The translations under genes and the position numbers were made by a program. From assembly GCA_944390895.1 (NCBI GenBank), contig CALXRQ010000005.1, positions 983 to 64,982 of the forward strand: a DNA stretch of 64,000 nucleotides, given 5' to 3'. Positions 1 through 9,047 of this stretch are shown here, piece by piece. Within the stretch, counting starts at the first letter, position 1; each line of letters begins with the position of its first letter. The DNA is from an uncultured Alphaproteobacteria bacterium (GTDB taxonomy: Bacteria > Pseudomonadota > Alphaproteobacteria > RF32 > CAG-239). Under the pieces are notes generated by a model. It had not been told where the DNA came from. It did no database searches and worked only from the letters and a program-made list of their open reading frames with translations.

Positions 1-1
1 T

Positions 2-502
2 CATGCATTGGATTTCAAAACTTTTAATCCGACTATTGGTTTGGATTATGCTTATTCCGACGCAGATTTCAAAAAAGAATCAAAAGATTTAAACAACAAA
101 TTCAGTTCCGGCATCATCAGCCTGGGCACCAAGATCGGCGACTATTCTTCCGTTGAGGCCTATTGGCAGATGTCTGCTGACAAAAAGACCAATACCGATA
201 CCGCCAAATACAAGGCCAGATTCTCGTCCTACGGCGTAGACGCTTACGGCCACCTGCCGCTGGGATGCGAACAGAAAGTAGAGTTGTTGGGCTCTCTGGG
301 TCTGGGTATCTATGATATTTCCATTAAAAAAGACGGCGAGAAGAGCACGACCGACCGTGTAGGCTATCGTCTCGGTCTCGGCGCCCAGTACAACTTCACC
401 GAGCATTTTTCCGGCCGTATCATGGGCAGATACAACTACATCGGCAACGGCCAGCTGCACAGCTTCAATGAAGTTACCGCCGGTATCAGATACACTTTCT
501 AA
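2..502 (+). CDS. outer-membrane beta-barrel protein (OmpA-like/porin family), 5' end cut by window edge
   Basis: Frame open back to nt 2. Alternating-hydrophobic beta-strand pattern with Gly/Tyr/Asp-rich loops. C-terminal ...AGIRYTF (terminal Phe) is typical of OMP barrels. A hairpin terminator follows. Confidence 0.7.
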   Translation, partial: HALDFKTFNPTIGLDYAYSDADFKKESKDLNNKFSSGIISLGTKIGDYSSVEAYWQMSADKKTNTDTAKYKARFSSYGVDAYGHLPLGCEQKVELLGSLGLGIYDISIKKDGEKSTTDRVGYRLGLGAQYNFTEHFSGRIMGRYNYIGNGQLHSFNEVTAGIRYTF

Positions 503-530
503 GCCGATAGAAAACTTCCTTTATAAAGAA

Positions 531-556
531 CCGCAGTTTTACAGCTGCGGTTTTTT
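531..556 (+). terminator. rho-independent terminator
   Basis: ccgcag-N8-ctgcgg hairpin followed by T6. Confidence 0.7.
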
Positions 557-639
557 AGTTTGTAATTTGCACAAAAACGTTGCCGCCCGCCGCGCCAGAT
601 GCTAGATTAAACCATAAAAAACAAACAAAGAGGAAAAAA

Positions 640-984
640 ATGCGCAAAAAATCAACTTATCTCTATGTTCTGGCGGCCATAGCCATCATCATTGCCGCCG
701 GCTTTATTATGAATATTGCCTTAATCAAATCCGCGGCGCTGTCCGTGTTTAATATGCTGCCCAACCCCTGGGTCTTTGGTCCCGCGGCCGTTTGCGCCTT
801 CATCTTTATGGGCAGCGGACGCTACTGGCTGATTAACATCGGCTGCGCCCTGATTACGGCGCTGGCCGTTCAATACTTGGTTATCGGCGGCGGGGCGGGG
901 ATCTATACCATTGCTTACCGCGCTTTGGCTTTTTTAAGCGTGGTTTATGTCTTAAACCTCGGCAAACTCCTGATTACCAAATAA
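640..984 (+). CDS. small polytopic membrane protein, unknown function
   Basis: ATG at 640 preceded by gaggaaaaaa. 114 aa with several hydrophobic helices. The upstream part of the listed ORF (from 580) is Pro/Arg/Lys-rich with no RBS. Confidence 0.6.
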   Translation: MRKKSTYLYVLAAIAIIIAAGFIMNIALIKSAALSVFNMLPNPWVFGPAAVCAFIFMGSGRYWLINIGCALITALAVQYLVIGGGAGIYTIAYRALAFLSVVYVLNLGKLLITK

Positions 985-1015
985 AAGCGCAACAAAATTT
1001 TCACAAATTTGTCTA

Positions 1016-1044
1016 TTGAATAAAGAGTAAAAATGTGTTATCTT
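1016..1044 (+). promoter_or_regulatory. candidate sigma70 promoter (TTGAAT-17-TATCTT with TG extended -10)
   Basis: Hexamers read directly with a 17-nt spacer, upstream of the lipoprotein gene at 1157. Overlapped by a 13-bp inverted repeat (1023..1035 / 1061..1073). Confidence 0.4.
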
Positions 1045-1156
1045 GAACAAATCAAATAATCATTTTTACTCTTATTCTGTGTATTCAAACGTTTCGCTTC
1101 CGCAAACGGCAGAATGAGATTTTTCCTGAAATATTAACAAAAAAAACATAAAAATT

Positions 1157-1675
1157 ATGAAAAAGTTCCATTTTGCCGCTCTGTTGAGCGTTGTTGCCGT
1201 TTTGTCTTTGTCATCCTGCTGGTCTTCGCCGCAGAGCTCTCAAGCCCCGGCAGAAGAATATGTTCCGGTTTCAATAGACTCTCTGGATGTCATCATCGGT
1301 TCAATTCAAAGAGACCCGAATGTTGCGCTGGTCGAGCAGGGAGAAGAAAAATATGTTGAGGTCTTAGACGACGGTTTTGCCCGCATCTGCAACCTCAAGA
1401 TAATTTATAACGACGCCGCCGTCAAAGACAGCACCGTCGTTATCTACGAACCTTATGACCGGGAGCACAGCAGCCTGGAAACGGAATCCACCCGGATGAT
1501 TCTTCCTGAACCGGTAAAAAAGCTGATGTCCGCACCCGATGTACAGTCCGCGGAGATAACTTCTCTGACCGCCGACGAAACAACCGGAAAAAACAGATTC
1601 TGTTGTAAACTGACGCTTCGCAAACAAGACGGTTCCACAAAAGACACGACTGTCGTTCTTCGAACCCTCAAATAA
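1157..1675 (+). CDS. putative lipoprotein, unknown function
   Basis: N-terminal MKKFHFAALLSVVAVLSLSSC is a signal peptide with a lipobox-like LSSC. No family recognised. Confidence 0.65.
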   Translation: MKKFHFAALLSVVAVLSLSSCWSSPQSSQAPAEEYVPVSIDSLDVIIGSIQRDPNVALVEQGEEKYVEVLDDGFARICNLKIIYNDAAVKDSTVVIYEPYDREHSSLETESTRMILPEPVKKLMSAPDVQSAEITSLTADETTGKNRFCCKLTLRKQDGSTKDTTVVLRTLK

Positions 1676-1694
1676 GGAAGTCGAAACCAAACGT

Positions 1695-1732
1695 AAAAAA
1701 GAACACCCGCCGTTAGTGACGGGTGTTTTTTT
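1695..1732. terminator. bidirectional rho-independent terminator
   Basis: A6 - acacccg..cgggtgt stem - T6, between convergent genes. Confidence 0.75.
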
Positions 1733-1742
1733 ATGCAACGGT

Positions 1743-2198
1743 TCAGACGTCAGGACTGCGATAATAAGCCGTAGAATCAGCGGTTGCGATTTCCTCGCTT
1801 ATTTCGTCCCGCTGCTTGGCCTTGGCAATAATCTCCTCCGCCAGCTCGAGTTTGCGGGCCGTTTCTTTTTCTTCCACAGCTTTTAGGCGTTCTTCGTCCG
1901 TCAGCGTATTAACCAAAACCAGTTTGGCCCGTTTTTTGTAATATTCCAGCAGCTGGGCAATCTCATACCAGTAAAACCGGCCGATTCCGCATTCTATCCG
2001 GTCAATCGCGTCAACCGGAATTTTCGTATCCGCGGAAACGCGTTTAAGCGTGCGATTATAACTCTGGCGGATGAGAAACAGCTGGCGGCCGAGCATTTTG
2101 CGCAAATCCCAATAGGGCTTGCCGGTCAGTTCGTTATAATAAAAGCTGTCTTCCTCACTGGCTTTGGCCGGATCAACTAACGATATGTCTTTTTTCAT
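1743..2198 (-). CDS. hypothetical protein with possible XRE-like helix-turn-helix and coiled-coil acidic C-terminus
   Basis: AAGGAG RBS 7 nt upstream of the ATG. The segment TLKRVSADTKIPVDAIDRIECG resembles an HTH. No firm family call. Confidence 0.6.
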   Translation of the reverse strand: MKKDISLVDPAKASEEDSFYYNELTGKPYWDLRKMLGRQLFLIRQSYNRTLKRVSADTKIPVDAIDRIECGIGRFYWYEIAQLLEYYKKRAKLVLVNTLTDEERLKAVEEKETARKLELAEEIIAKAKQRDEISEEIATADSTAYYRSPDV

Positions 2199-2220
2199 TT
2201 TAAACTCCTTAATGTTTTAG

Positions 2221-2256
2221 ATAAAAACAAACCGCCCAAGGCCAAACCTAAGGCGG
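2221..2256 (-). terminator. minus-strand hairpin + T-rich tail immediately upstream of the 1743..2198 gene (terminator or attenuator)
   Basis: ccgcccaagg / cctaaggcgg stem (5+3 bp, 2 mismatches). On the minus strand it is followed by tttgttttta, and it sits 23 nt before the RBS. Confidence 0.45.
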
Positions 2257-2515
2257 GGAGTTCGAAACTGTATAAGAACCAGTCTGGGTTATTCGCCGTA
2301 AAAATACGCTTATATCCCCAGCTCCCCATAAAGGAGTTGTTCTTTATTTCTTATGAGAGTTTCGACACTCCGCAATTCATCTCTGAACTGCAAAAGTTAT
2401 ATTAAAGACATTTTGCAAATTTGCAACGGAAATCTTTAATGGCGTTTTGCCGGGCAGGGAAACGCTGTCTTGACCGCCGGCCGAAATATGATAAAATAAC
2501 GGCAAAGGAGAACCT

Positions 2516-2644
2516 ATGCTCAGCTTGCTGTCTGTCATATTTGAATCTGTTTTCATAACCTTTCCGGGAGAAATCTGCAAATTGATTTTTAACATTGCCG
2601 GATGGATATATGACAAACTCCGCAATATCTTCCGCAAATGGTAA
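2516..2644 (+). CDS. candidate 42-aa small hydrophobic/amphipathic protein (MLSLLSVIFESVFITFPGEICKLIFNIAGWIYDKLRNIFRKW)
   Basis: Translated by hand. AAAGGAGA RBS 4-5 nt before the ATG. Below the ORF-track size cutoff, and no homolog recognised. Confidence 0.3.
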   Translation: MLSLLSVIFESVFITFPGEICKLIFNIAGWIYDKLRNIFRKW

Positions 2645-3087
2645 AAAAAAACAGGGCGCTCACGGCGAGCTCAGCCTGTAAATACCCGTCATTTTACATT
2701 TTGCTCGCTCTCAGAGGCCTTTTTAAAAACATCGCTTTGTCTTTACGAAACTTTTTCCGATATCATTCCGGGTTTGTCAGCTTCATCGGTGGCTGCAAGG
2801 CGCTGACGGTCTCGCGTTTTTCATTGCCGCCAAGACAACGTTTTACATTTGTTGAGTGGAAAGCGCAATCGAAACATCCCGACAAAACAACATTAACCTT
2901 TGACAAAACCAAAAGCCGCGCAATAACAACAGGTTGAGGGGAAGCTGTCTTTTTATATCACAAAATTTTGTCGCATAATATATATTATGTATAATAAGGA
3001 ATGACGAAAGACAGATAACTCGTAAATCAGCGCTCAGAACGAGCTGAAGTATTTTATGCGCACAATTGTCCGTCAGCTCGCTCTAAA

Positions 3088-4653
3088 TCAACATGCAGCA
3101 ATCAGCTTTTTGGTATATTCGTTTTGCGGACGCTTGAAAATTTGTTCGCGCGTTCCCATCTCAACAATTTTTCCGTCTTTCATCACCGCCACATTATCCG
3201 CCATGGCCTGAATTGCAGACATATCGTGAGATATGAATATGTATGACAAACCGCGCTGCTGTTGAATTTCCTGCAACAGTTTCAAAATCTGCGCCTGAAT
3301 AGTCACATCTAAAGCCGACGTCGGTTCGTCCAGAATCAAAAACTCCGGCTCCAGGATTAACGCCCGTGCAATCGCAATCCTCTGCCTTTGTCCGCCGGAA
3401 AACTCATGCGGATACTTGTACATATCCTGTTCCCTGAGGCCGACTTCTTTCAATACCTTTAATATTCTTCGCTTCCGCTCGGCACCGGATATCTCCGGAT
3501 AATGAATTTCCAGCCCTTCGCCGACAATTTCCTCAACATTCATACGCGGATTCAAGGAGTTATACGGATCCTGAAACACAATTTGAATAAATTTTCTGGC
3601 TTTTTTATCTATAACATCTTGATTTTTAAACAAAATCTTCCCTTCAGCCTTGTTCAGTCCCACAATGGCCAAACCCAGCGTGCTTTTTCCTGAACCGGAT
3701 TCGCCGACAATTCCCAGCGTCTCACACTTATGCACGCTTAAAGAAACCTCGTTCACAGCTTTCACGTAAGACATAACCCGCCCCCAGAAATTTTTCTTCA
3801 GCGGAAAAAAGACCTTCAGGTTTTTAACTTCCAATATTTTCTCATCGCTTATTTTATTTTCCTTTTTCAACAGGTTATGAGATTGAATCAGTGCCTTGGT
3901 ATAAGCGTGCTCCGGGTGTTTGAAAATCTTTTCGGCCGCGCCGCTCTCAATTATCCGACCGTCTTTCATCACGCAGACCCGGTCGGCAATTTTCCTCACA
4001 ACCTGCAAATCATGACTGATAAAAATAATCGCCATGCCGAGTTTGCGGCGCAGATCCAGCAACAGCTCAATAATCTGCTGCTGAACCGTCACGTCCAGAG
4101 CCGTGGTCGGTTCGTCCGCAATCAAGATATCCGGATTGTTGGCAATAGCCATGGCAATCATCACCCTCTGCCGCTGGCCGCCGGACAACTCATACGGATA
4201 AGCCTTCATCCGACTTCTGGCATTTCTGATGCCGGTCAGGTTCAACAGTTTCAAAACTTCTTTTCTGGCCTGACGCCGCGTCATCTGCCTGTGAACCATA
4301 AGATTTTCGGCAATCTGCTTCTCTATCGTATGCAGCGGATTAAGAGAAGACATCGGCTCCTGAAACACAAAGCCGACACGCCCGCCGCGAACCTCAGCCA
4401 AATCTTCGGAATACAACAGTTCCTTTCCGTCCAGACGGATGGAACTTCCCTGAGAATGATATGCTTTGGGATAAGGCAGCAGCCCCAAAACCGACAATGC
4501 CGTCACCGATTTTCCCGAACCGGATTCGCCGACAATGCCGAGTATCTCGCCCTTATTCAGTTCAAACGAAACCCCGGATGCCGCACATATATCTTTTCCG
4601 GCTTCGTCGCCCTTAAAAAAAACCGACAGATTTTTAACTTCCAAAAGCGCCAT
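3088..4653 (-). CDS. yejF: ABC transporter ATP-binding protein with two fused ATPase domains (YejF-type peptide/microcin C importer)
   Basis: Two Walker A motifs (GESGSGKS), two LSGGQRQR signatures and two Walker B motifs. The start overlaps the yejE stop (TAATG). Confidence 0.8.
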   Translation of the reverse strand: MALLEVKNLSVFFKGDEAGKDICAASGVSFELNKGEILGIVGESGSGKSVTALSVLGLLPYPKAYHSQGSSIRLDGKELLYSEDLAEVRGGRVGFVFQEPMSSLNPLHTIEKQIAENLMVHRQMTRRQARKEVLKLLNLTGIRNARSRMKAYPYELSGGQRQRVMIAMAIANNPDILIADEPTTALDVTVQQQIIELLLDLRRKLGMAIIFISHDLQVVRKIADRVCVMKDGRIIESGAAEKIFKHPEHAYTKALIQSHNLLKKENKISDEKILEVKNLKVFFPLKKNFWGRVMSYVKAVNEVSLSVHKCETLGIVGESGSGKSTLGLAIVGLNKAEGKILFKNQDVIDKKARKFIQIVFQDPYNSLNPRMNVEEIVGEGLEIHYPEISGAERKRRILKVLKEVGLREQDMYKYPHEFSGGQRQRIAIARALILEPEFLILDEPTSALDVTIQAQILKLLQEIQQQRGLSYIFISHDMSAIQAMADNVAVMKDGKIVEMGTREQIFKRPQNEYTKKLIAAC

Positions 4654-5693
4654 TATTTGTTTTTCCTCGCGTCAAAAGCGTCTCTGACACCTTCCCCGAT
4701 AAAAATCAGCAGCGTCAGCAGCGTCGACAAAACCGTAAAAATCGTAATTCCGATCCACGGCGCCTGCAAATTGTCTTTTCCCTGGCGAACCAAATCCCCG
4801 AGAGAAGGATATTCTGCCGGCAGCCCCAGCCCCAAAAAGTCCAGAGCCGTCAGGGAAACGATGGCCTCCGACAGCAAAAAAGGTACAAACGTTATTGTCG
4901 CAATCACCGCGTTCGGCAGAATATGCCGGGTCATAATCCGCCAGTTTCCGGCACCCATGGCCTTTGCCGCTTTCACAAACTCCATATTTCTGGTTCGCAA
5001 AAACTCGGCGCGCACGACACTGGTCAGACTCATCCATGAAAACAGCAGCAAAATCAGCAGCAGCGTCCAAAACGTCGGCACAAAAATACTAGCAATGATA
5101 ATCAGGATAAACAATTGCGGCAGAGCCTCCCAAACTTCCTGAAAACGCTGAAAAAATATGTCGATCTTGCCGCCGAAATACCCCTGCGCCGCCCCGGCGA
5201 CAATGCCGATAAGCGAAGACGCCGTCGTCAAAACAAAGGCAAAAACTACAGACAACCGCACGCCGTATAAGATTCTGGCAACAATATCCCTTCCCTCGTC
5301 GTCGGTTCCGAGCCAATGCTCGGCCGACGGCGGCGCCGGCGTCTGCGTCGTCAGTTCATAATCAACCGTATTGAAAGAAAAAGGAATGGGCGGCATCACC
5401 ATCCAGCCGTTTTTGTTAATATTGTCAATAAGATAATAGTCTTTATAATCTGCCGGGGTCGGGAAATCTCCGCCAAACGTCAGATCATCGTATTCCTTGA
5501 CAATCGGAAAATAAAAATCTCCTTTGTATTTGACAATCAGCGGCTTGTCATTGGCCAAAAATTCTGAAAACAAAGTCAGAACAAACACCAAAAGAAACAA
5601 AAATAACGAAAAAACCGCCCGCTTGTTTTTGGCAAAGGCCTTTATGCGTCTTTGCCAAATCGGAGACAACAGAGGTTGCGGTTTTTCGGACAT
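4653..5693 (-). CDS. yejE: ABC transporter permease, YejE-type (OppC/DppC family)
   Basis: Start taken at MSEKPQ (5693), avoiding overlap with the upstream gene. N-terminus NDKPL..Y.G..YFP and WLGTD..GRD..ARILYG match my recollection of E. coli YejE. Confidence 0.75.
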   Translation of the reverse strand: MSEKPQPLLSPIWQRRIKAFAKNKRAVFSLFLFLLVFVLTLFSEFLANDKPLIVKYKGDFYFPIVKEYDDLTFGGDFPTPADYKDYYLIDNINKNGWMVMPPIPFSFNTVDYELTTQTPAPPSAEHWLGTDDEGRDIVARILYGVRLSVVFAFVLTTASSLIGIVAGAAQGYFGGKIDIFFQRFQEVWEALPQLFILIIIASIFVPTFWTLLLILLLFSWMSLTSVVRAEFLRTRNMEFVKAAKAMGAGNWRIMTRHILPNAVIATITFVPFLLSEAIVSLTALDFLGLGLPAEYPSLGDLVRQGKDNLQAPWIGITIFTVLSTLLTLLIFIGEGVRDAFDARKNK

Positions 5694-5718
5694 TTTATTT
5701 TCCAAACGGCAAAGCTCC

Positions 5719-8109
5719 TTATTGCGCAGCCGAGTTTTCAAGCGGAATATTGTCATTGGCCGCGGCCGGAACCGGAGCGGGAGAAGAAACGGAAGCCGGC
5801 GCATTGTCAATCACGATGTTGAGTTTGTCACTGCTGTTGATATCGGCCGCCGGAACCTCCGTTACCGTTTCTTTGACCTCGGTTCCCTTGTCCTCAACCG
5901 GAATATTCAGCTTTTCAACCTTTGCTTCCGGTTCCTCGACAATCTCATTGCTCATCAGTTTGGCTTTTCCGACCACCACTTCCTCCGCGGCGGGAACCTC
6001 ATCCGCATTTCCCGCTGCATTTTCTTCGGAAACGCTTTGCGCCTGCGCTTCGTTCTCGGCGGCCGCCGGAACTTCCTGCGCATCGACACCTTTTGCCTCA
6101 TCCTGAGTTTTTTCCTCCGCCGGAACGCTCTCGGTCTGTTCGGGTTCAACCGCGCCCTTCTCTGCTGCCGGAACTTTTTCTTCTTTGGCATAAGGCGTAA
6201 GATTCCGGGCTTTCATCCACTGTTGATACCATTCATCAAACTTAACAATGGCGTTATCGACCGTTTTTTCATCCAAATTCAATGTGTTGAGAGAAGCTCG
6301 GAGTTCGTTCAAAACGTCTATATGCAGGTTGAATTCCTTAAGCTCCGGACATTTTCCCTTCCGGTACAGATACTGTTTCAAAACGTTCGGTGCCGAACAA
6401 ATGTCATACCGAACTCTAAAATTCTTTCTCAGCGGATCTCTGATGGCCATATCGACATATTTCTGATTTTTCAGCTCTTCGATAAAGTTCTTGCCCGCAA
6501 GAGAAGTCATGCCGTTAATGCCGCTGACGCCTTGAATGACCACGACCGTCTTTTGTGCGGACGGACTGTTGTTCAGATAGTCGATAAACCGCTGCAACCG
6601 TCCGTATACGCAGCGCAGCTGATCGGCATAAGCCTGGCGCTTGTTCTTGTCGCTGACCTTTTTAACCCAGGCCAGATCTTTCTTGTTCTGCCATTTGCCG
6701 ATCGGCTTCACATTGCAAAATTCATCATAAATAAACGTATTGGCCGGTATATTGAGCGAAACGAAATATGCCTTGTTGCCGTTGTCCTTGGCAATGTCCT
6801 TTTCCAGAATGTCAAGCATATCCAAAGAGTTTTTGACGTCGATGTTTTTGTAAGAAACGCCGACCATCGGAAACGTCTCCACGTCAATAAACGGACGCAG
6901 GATATTGTAAGAATAGGCAAAATCGTCAAACAGCCCCCAGCTTTCCAGCCATTGCGCCATCAAAACCTCTATTTTTTCCTTCTGGCTCAGGTTCATACCG
7001 TCAAAATCTATCGGCAAGCCGTTCTTTTCCACACAGCGGTCGACAACCATTTCATTGTTGACATAACACATTTCTATACCGCCGCTCTGGTAAGCGTTGA
7101 TGCCGTACTTTGCTCTCTTAAAGGTGTCAAACAGCTTGTTTTCTTTCAAATATACATATTTTGTCGTTAAGTTGTTGAATTTCCAAAAACTGCTGACGCT
7201 GATATTGCTGAGCAGATATTCGTTCAAAGACTTGGAATTGTTATTATTCAGCGCCTGTGCGATATTATTGGCCGGATCCAGATCATTGACATAAGTGTGG
7301 GGATAGAGTGTAAAGTTGTTTTTGCCGTAAAAACCGAGCATAATGTCAAGTGTCTCCCGCAGACTGTCATATTCCTGAGATTTTTTTTGTACTTTGGCAG
7401 CCACATCGTTCAGATAATTATACGAACCGACCGTCGGCAGCGCTATATAAACAAACTTCTTTCCCGGCTTGGCGTTGGGAATAATAACGTCGTCTTTGAC
7501 AACCCTGAACTTTGCATGTTCGCCGCTGTCCATAAACTGTGCAAAAACCACTCCGCCCATGCACAACATCAGCAAAAAGACAAAATACGCAATCACCTTT
7601 TTGGAAGCATAAGTTACAAACAGGAAAAAGATAAAACCAATGACGCCGGCCACCACCAGATGAGAAACATAGTTAAACAACAGCCCCAGATCCTGCGAAA
7701 TATAGGTCGCCGCCAGTCTGGAAAGCATCGAGTTCTTGTCAAATGCGGCAAACTGATTGAGCATGATAATCACAAACAGCCCCACAGCGCCTGCCGTCAA
7801 CAGGTTCTGAAAGAACGAAGAAAAAGAAACGATATACATCAGAGCAATCGAAAAAACGAAAATTCCGATCAGAATATACAAAACTTCCGGCGTAAAAAAC
7901 GTCATTGAGGAAAACATATTATAGCTTCCCGCCCCGGCAAAGATAAGAAAATCAATACTGAGCAGGCAGGCAATAATCATTGCTTTCTCTACCCAGTCAA
8001 TCAGATATACGGAAAAACTCCTTTTTTTGGGCTTCTTTACCGTCCGGTAATTCTTGTCGGCAGTGACGGCCATGCTGGTTTTGGTGTCATCAATAATAAC
8101 GTCGTGCAT
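5719..8109 (-). CDS. large polytopic membrane protein; periplasmic domain has sulfatase/phosphoethanolamine-transferase-like architecture (tentative); acidic Pro/Ala/Glu-rich tail
   Basis: GAGGAAAGAG RBS. About 5 N-terminal TM helices, then a roughly 450-aa soluble domain, then a roughly 150-aa low-complexity acidic C-terminus. The function is a guess from architecture only. Confidence 0.6.
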   Translation of the reverse strand: MHDVIIDDTKTSMAVTADKNYRTVKKPKKRSFSVYLIDWVEKAMIIACLLSIDFLIFAGAGSYNMFSSMTFFTPEVLYILIGIFVFSIALMYIVSFSSFFQNLLTAGAVGLFVIIMLNQFAAFDKNSMLSRLAATYISQDLGLLFNYVSHLVVAGVIGFIFFLFVTYASKKVIAYFVFLLMLCMGGVVFAQFMDSGEHAKFRVVKDDVIIPNAKPGKKFVYIALPTVGSYNYLNDVAAKVQKKSQEYDSLRETLDIMLGFYGKNNFTLYPHTYVNDLDPANNIAQALNNNNSKSLNEYLLSNISVSSFWKFNNLTTKYVYLKENKLFDTFKRAKYGINAYQSGGIEMCYVNNEMVVDRCVEKNGLPIDFDGMNLSQKEKIEVLMAQWLESWGLFDDFAYSYNILRPFIDVETFPMVGVSYKNIDVKNSLDMLDILEKDIAKDNGNKAYFVSLNIPANTFIYDEFCNVKPIGKWQNKKDLAWVKKVSDKNKRQAYADQLRCVYGRLQRFIDYLNNSPSAQKTVVVIQGVSGINGMTSLAGKNFIEELKNQKYVDMAIRDPLRKNFRVRYDICSAPNVLKQYLYRKGKCPELKEFNLHIDVLNELRASLNTLNLDEKTVDNAIVKFDEWYQQWMKARNLTPYAKEEKVPAAEKGAVEPEQTESVPAEEKTQDEAKGVDAQEVPAAAENEAQAQSVSEENAAGNADEVPAAEEVVVGKAKLMSNEIVEEPEAKVEKLNIPVEDKGTEVKETVTEVPAADINSSDKLNIVIDNAPASVSSPAPVPAAANDNIPLENSAAQ

Positions 8110-8171
8110 ATCTCTTTCCTCATTATTTTAATTTGACATCTTATATAAGCACAAGTTTGGTACCATTTAAA

Positions 8172-8207
8172 GAAAAAGCCTCAAGATATATACAATCTTG
8201 AGGCTTA
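8172..8207 (-). terminator. rho-independent terminator of rpsD
   Basis: aagcctcaaga / tcttgaggctt 11-bp stem with a T-run on the minus strand. Confidence 0.8.
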
Positions 8208-8225
8208 TAAGACCATCTGTCCTTA

Positions 8226-8840
8226 TTATCTTGAGTAGAACTCGATAACCAGGTTCGGTTCCATCATTGCGGCATAAGGAATGTCTTCAAACTTAGGAAC
8301 AAAAGAATATTTTGCGGTCTTCTTTTTGCTGTCGACTTCCAGATATCCCGGAAAATCTCTGTTTCCGGCTTCCAAAGCGGAAATGACAATCGGAAGTTCT
8401 TTGGATTTCTCGCGGATTTCGATAACATCGCCGGCTTTTACCATATAAGACGGAATGTTAACTCTTTTTCCGTTGACCAGAATATGTCCGTGGTTGACAA
8501 ACTGGCGGGCGGCAAAAATCGTCGAAGCGAATTTTGCTTTGTAAACCAGGTTATCCAAACGGGATTCCAACAGGCCGACCAGGTTTTCGGCAGAGTCGCC
8601 GCCTCTTCTGACAGCTTCTACATAATATTTGTGAAACTGTTTTTCAGAAACGTTGCCGTAATAAAATTTCATCTTTTGTTTTGCAATCAGCTGCTCGCCG
8701 TAGTCAGTCGGTTTTTTTCTTCTCTGACCATGCTGACCCGGGGCATAAGCTCTCTTGTCCAGAGGAGACTTGGTGTTTCCCCAGATATTTTCGCCGAAAC
8801 GGCGGTCTAATTTTTTCTTTGCAGAAATGATACTTTTCAT
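8226..8840 (-). CDS. rpsD: 30S ribosomal protein S4
   Basis: 204 aa. The N-terminus ([11 protein letters not shown]...PGQHGQRR) and the S4 RNA-binding domain are recognisable. Confidence 0.95.
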   Translation of the reverse strand: MKSIISAKKKLDRRFGENIWGNTKSPLDKRAYAPGQHGQRRKKPTDYGEQLIAKQKMKFYYGNVSEKQFHKYYVEAVRRGGDSAENLVGLLESRLDNLVYKAKFASTIFAARQFVNHGHILVNGKRVNIPSYMVKAGDVIEIREKSKELPIVISALEAGNRDFPGYLEVDSKKKTAKYSFVPKFEDIPYAAMMEPNLVIEFYSR

Positions 8841-9047
8841 TAAAATTTTCCTTTTAATTGTTTTTTACGTTATTGTCCCGGTAGTTTTGGTTATTGCTCC
8901 AAACGGGGTTTTTTGCCCTCATTCCCGGAAGTATCCTGATAACTACAACAAAAAACCGATAATTTCAAGCAATATTTTAAAAATCTGCTGGATTTTATCG
9001 CCAAATTTGCTAAAATGCAGCAAAACAAAAAGGATTTAGGAGTTTCA

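Noticed and set aside
564-576. 13-mer aatttgcacaaaa shared with 42526..42538, both just after terminators
   Set aside because: Tens of exact 13-mer pairs are expected by chance in 64 kb of AT-biased intergenic DNA. I found no further support.
2232-2275. ggcggggagttcgaaactg looked like a tRNA/tmRNA T-arm
   Set aside because: There is no matching acceptor strand, no CCA and no D or anticodon arms on either strand. The GGCGG part is better explained as one arm of the minus-strand terminator hairpin.
2377-2937. ORFs 2377..2637 (-, TTG start) and 2638..2937 (+)
   Set aside because: They have no RBS, odd composition and no motifs. One starts inside a terminator T-run. The region is treated as non-coding or sORF-bearing instead.
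3877-7170. Long plus-strand ORFs 3877..5142 (421 aa) and 5524..7170 (548 aa)
   Set aside because: They are antisense shadows of yejF/yejE and the 796-aa gene. Their composition is Arg/Phe/Asn-rich and low-complexity, they have no RBS, and the opposite-strand genes carry unambiguous motifs.
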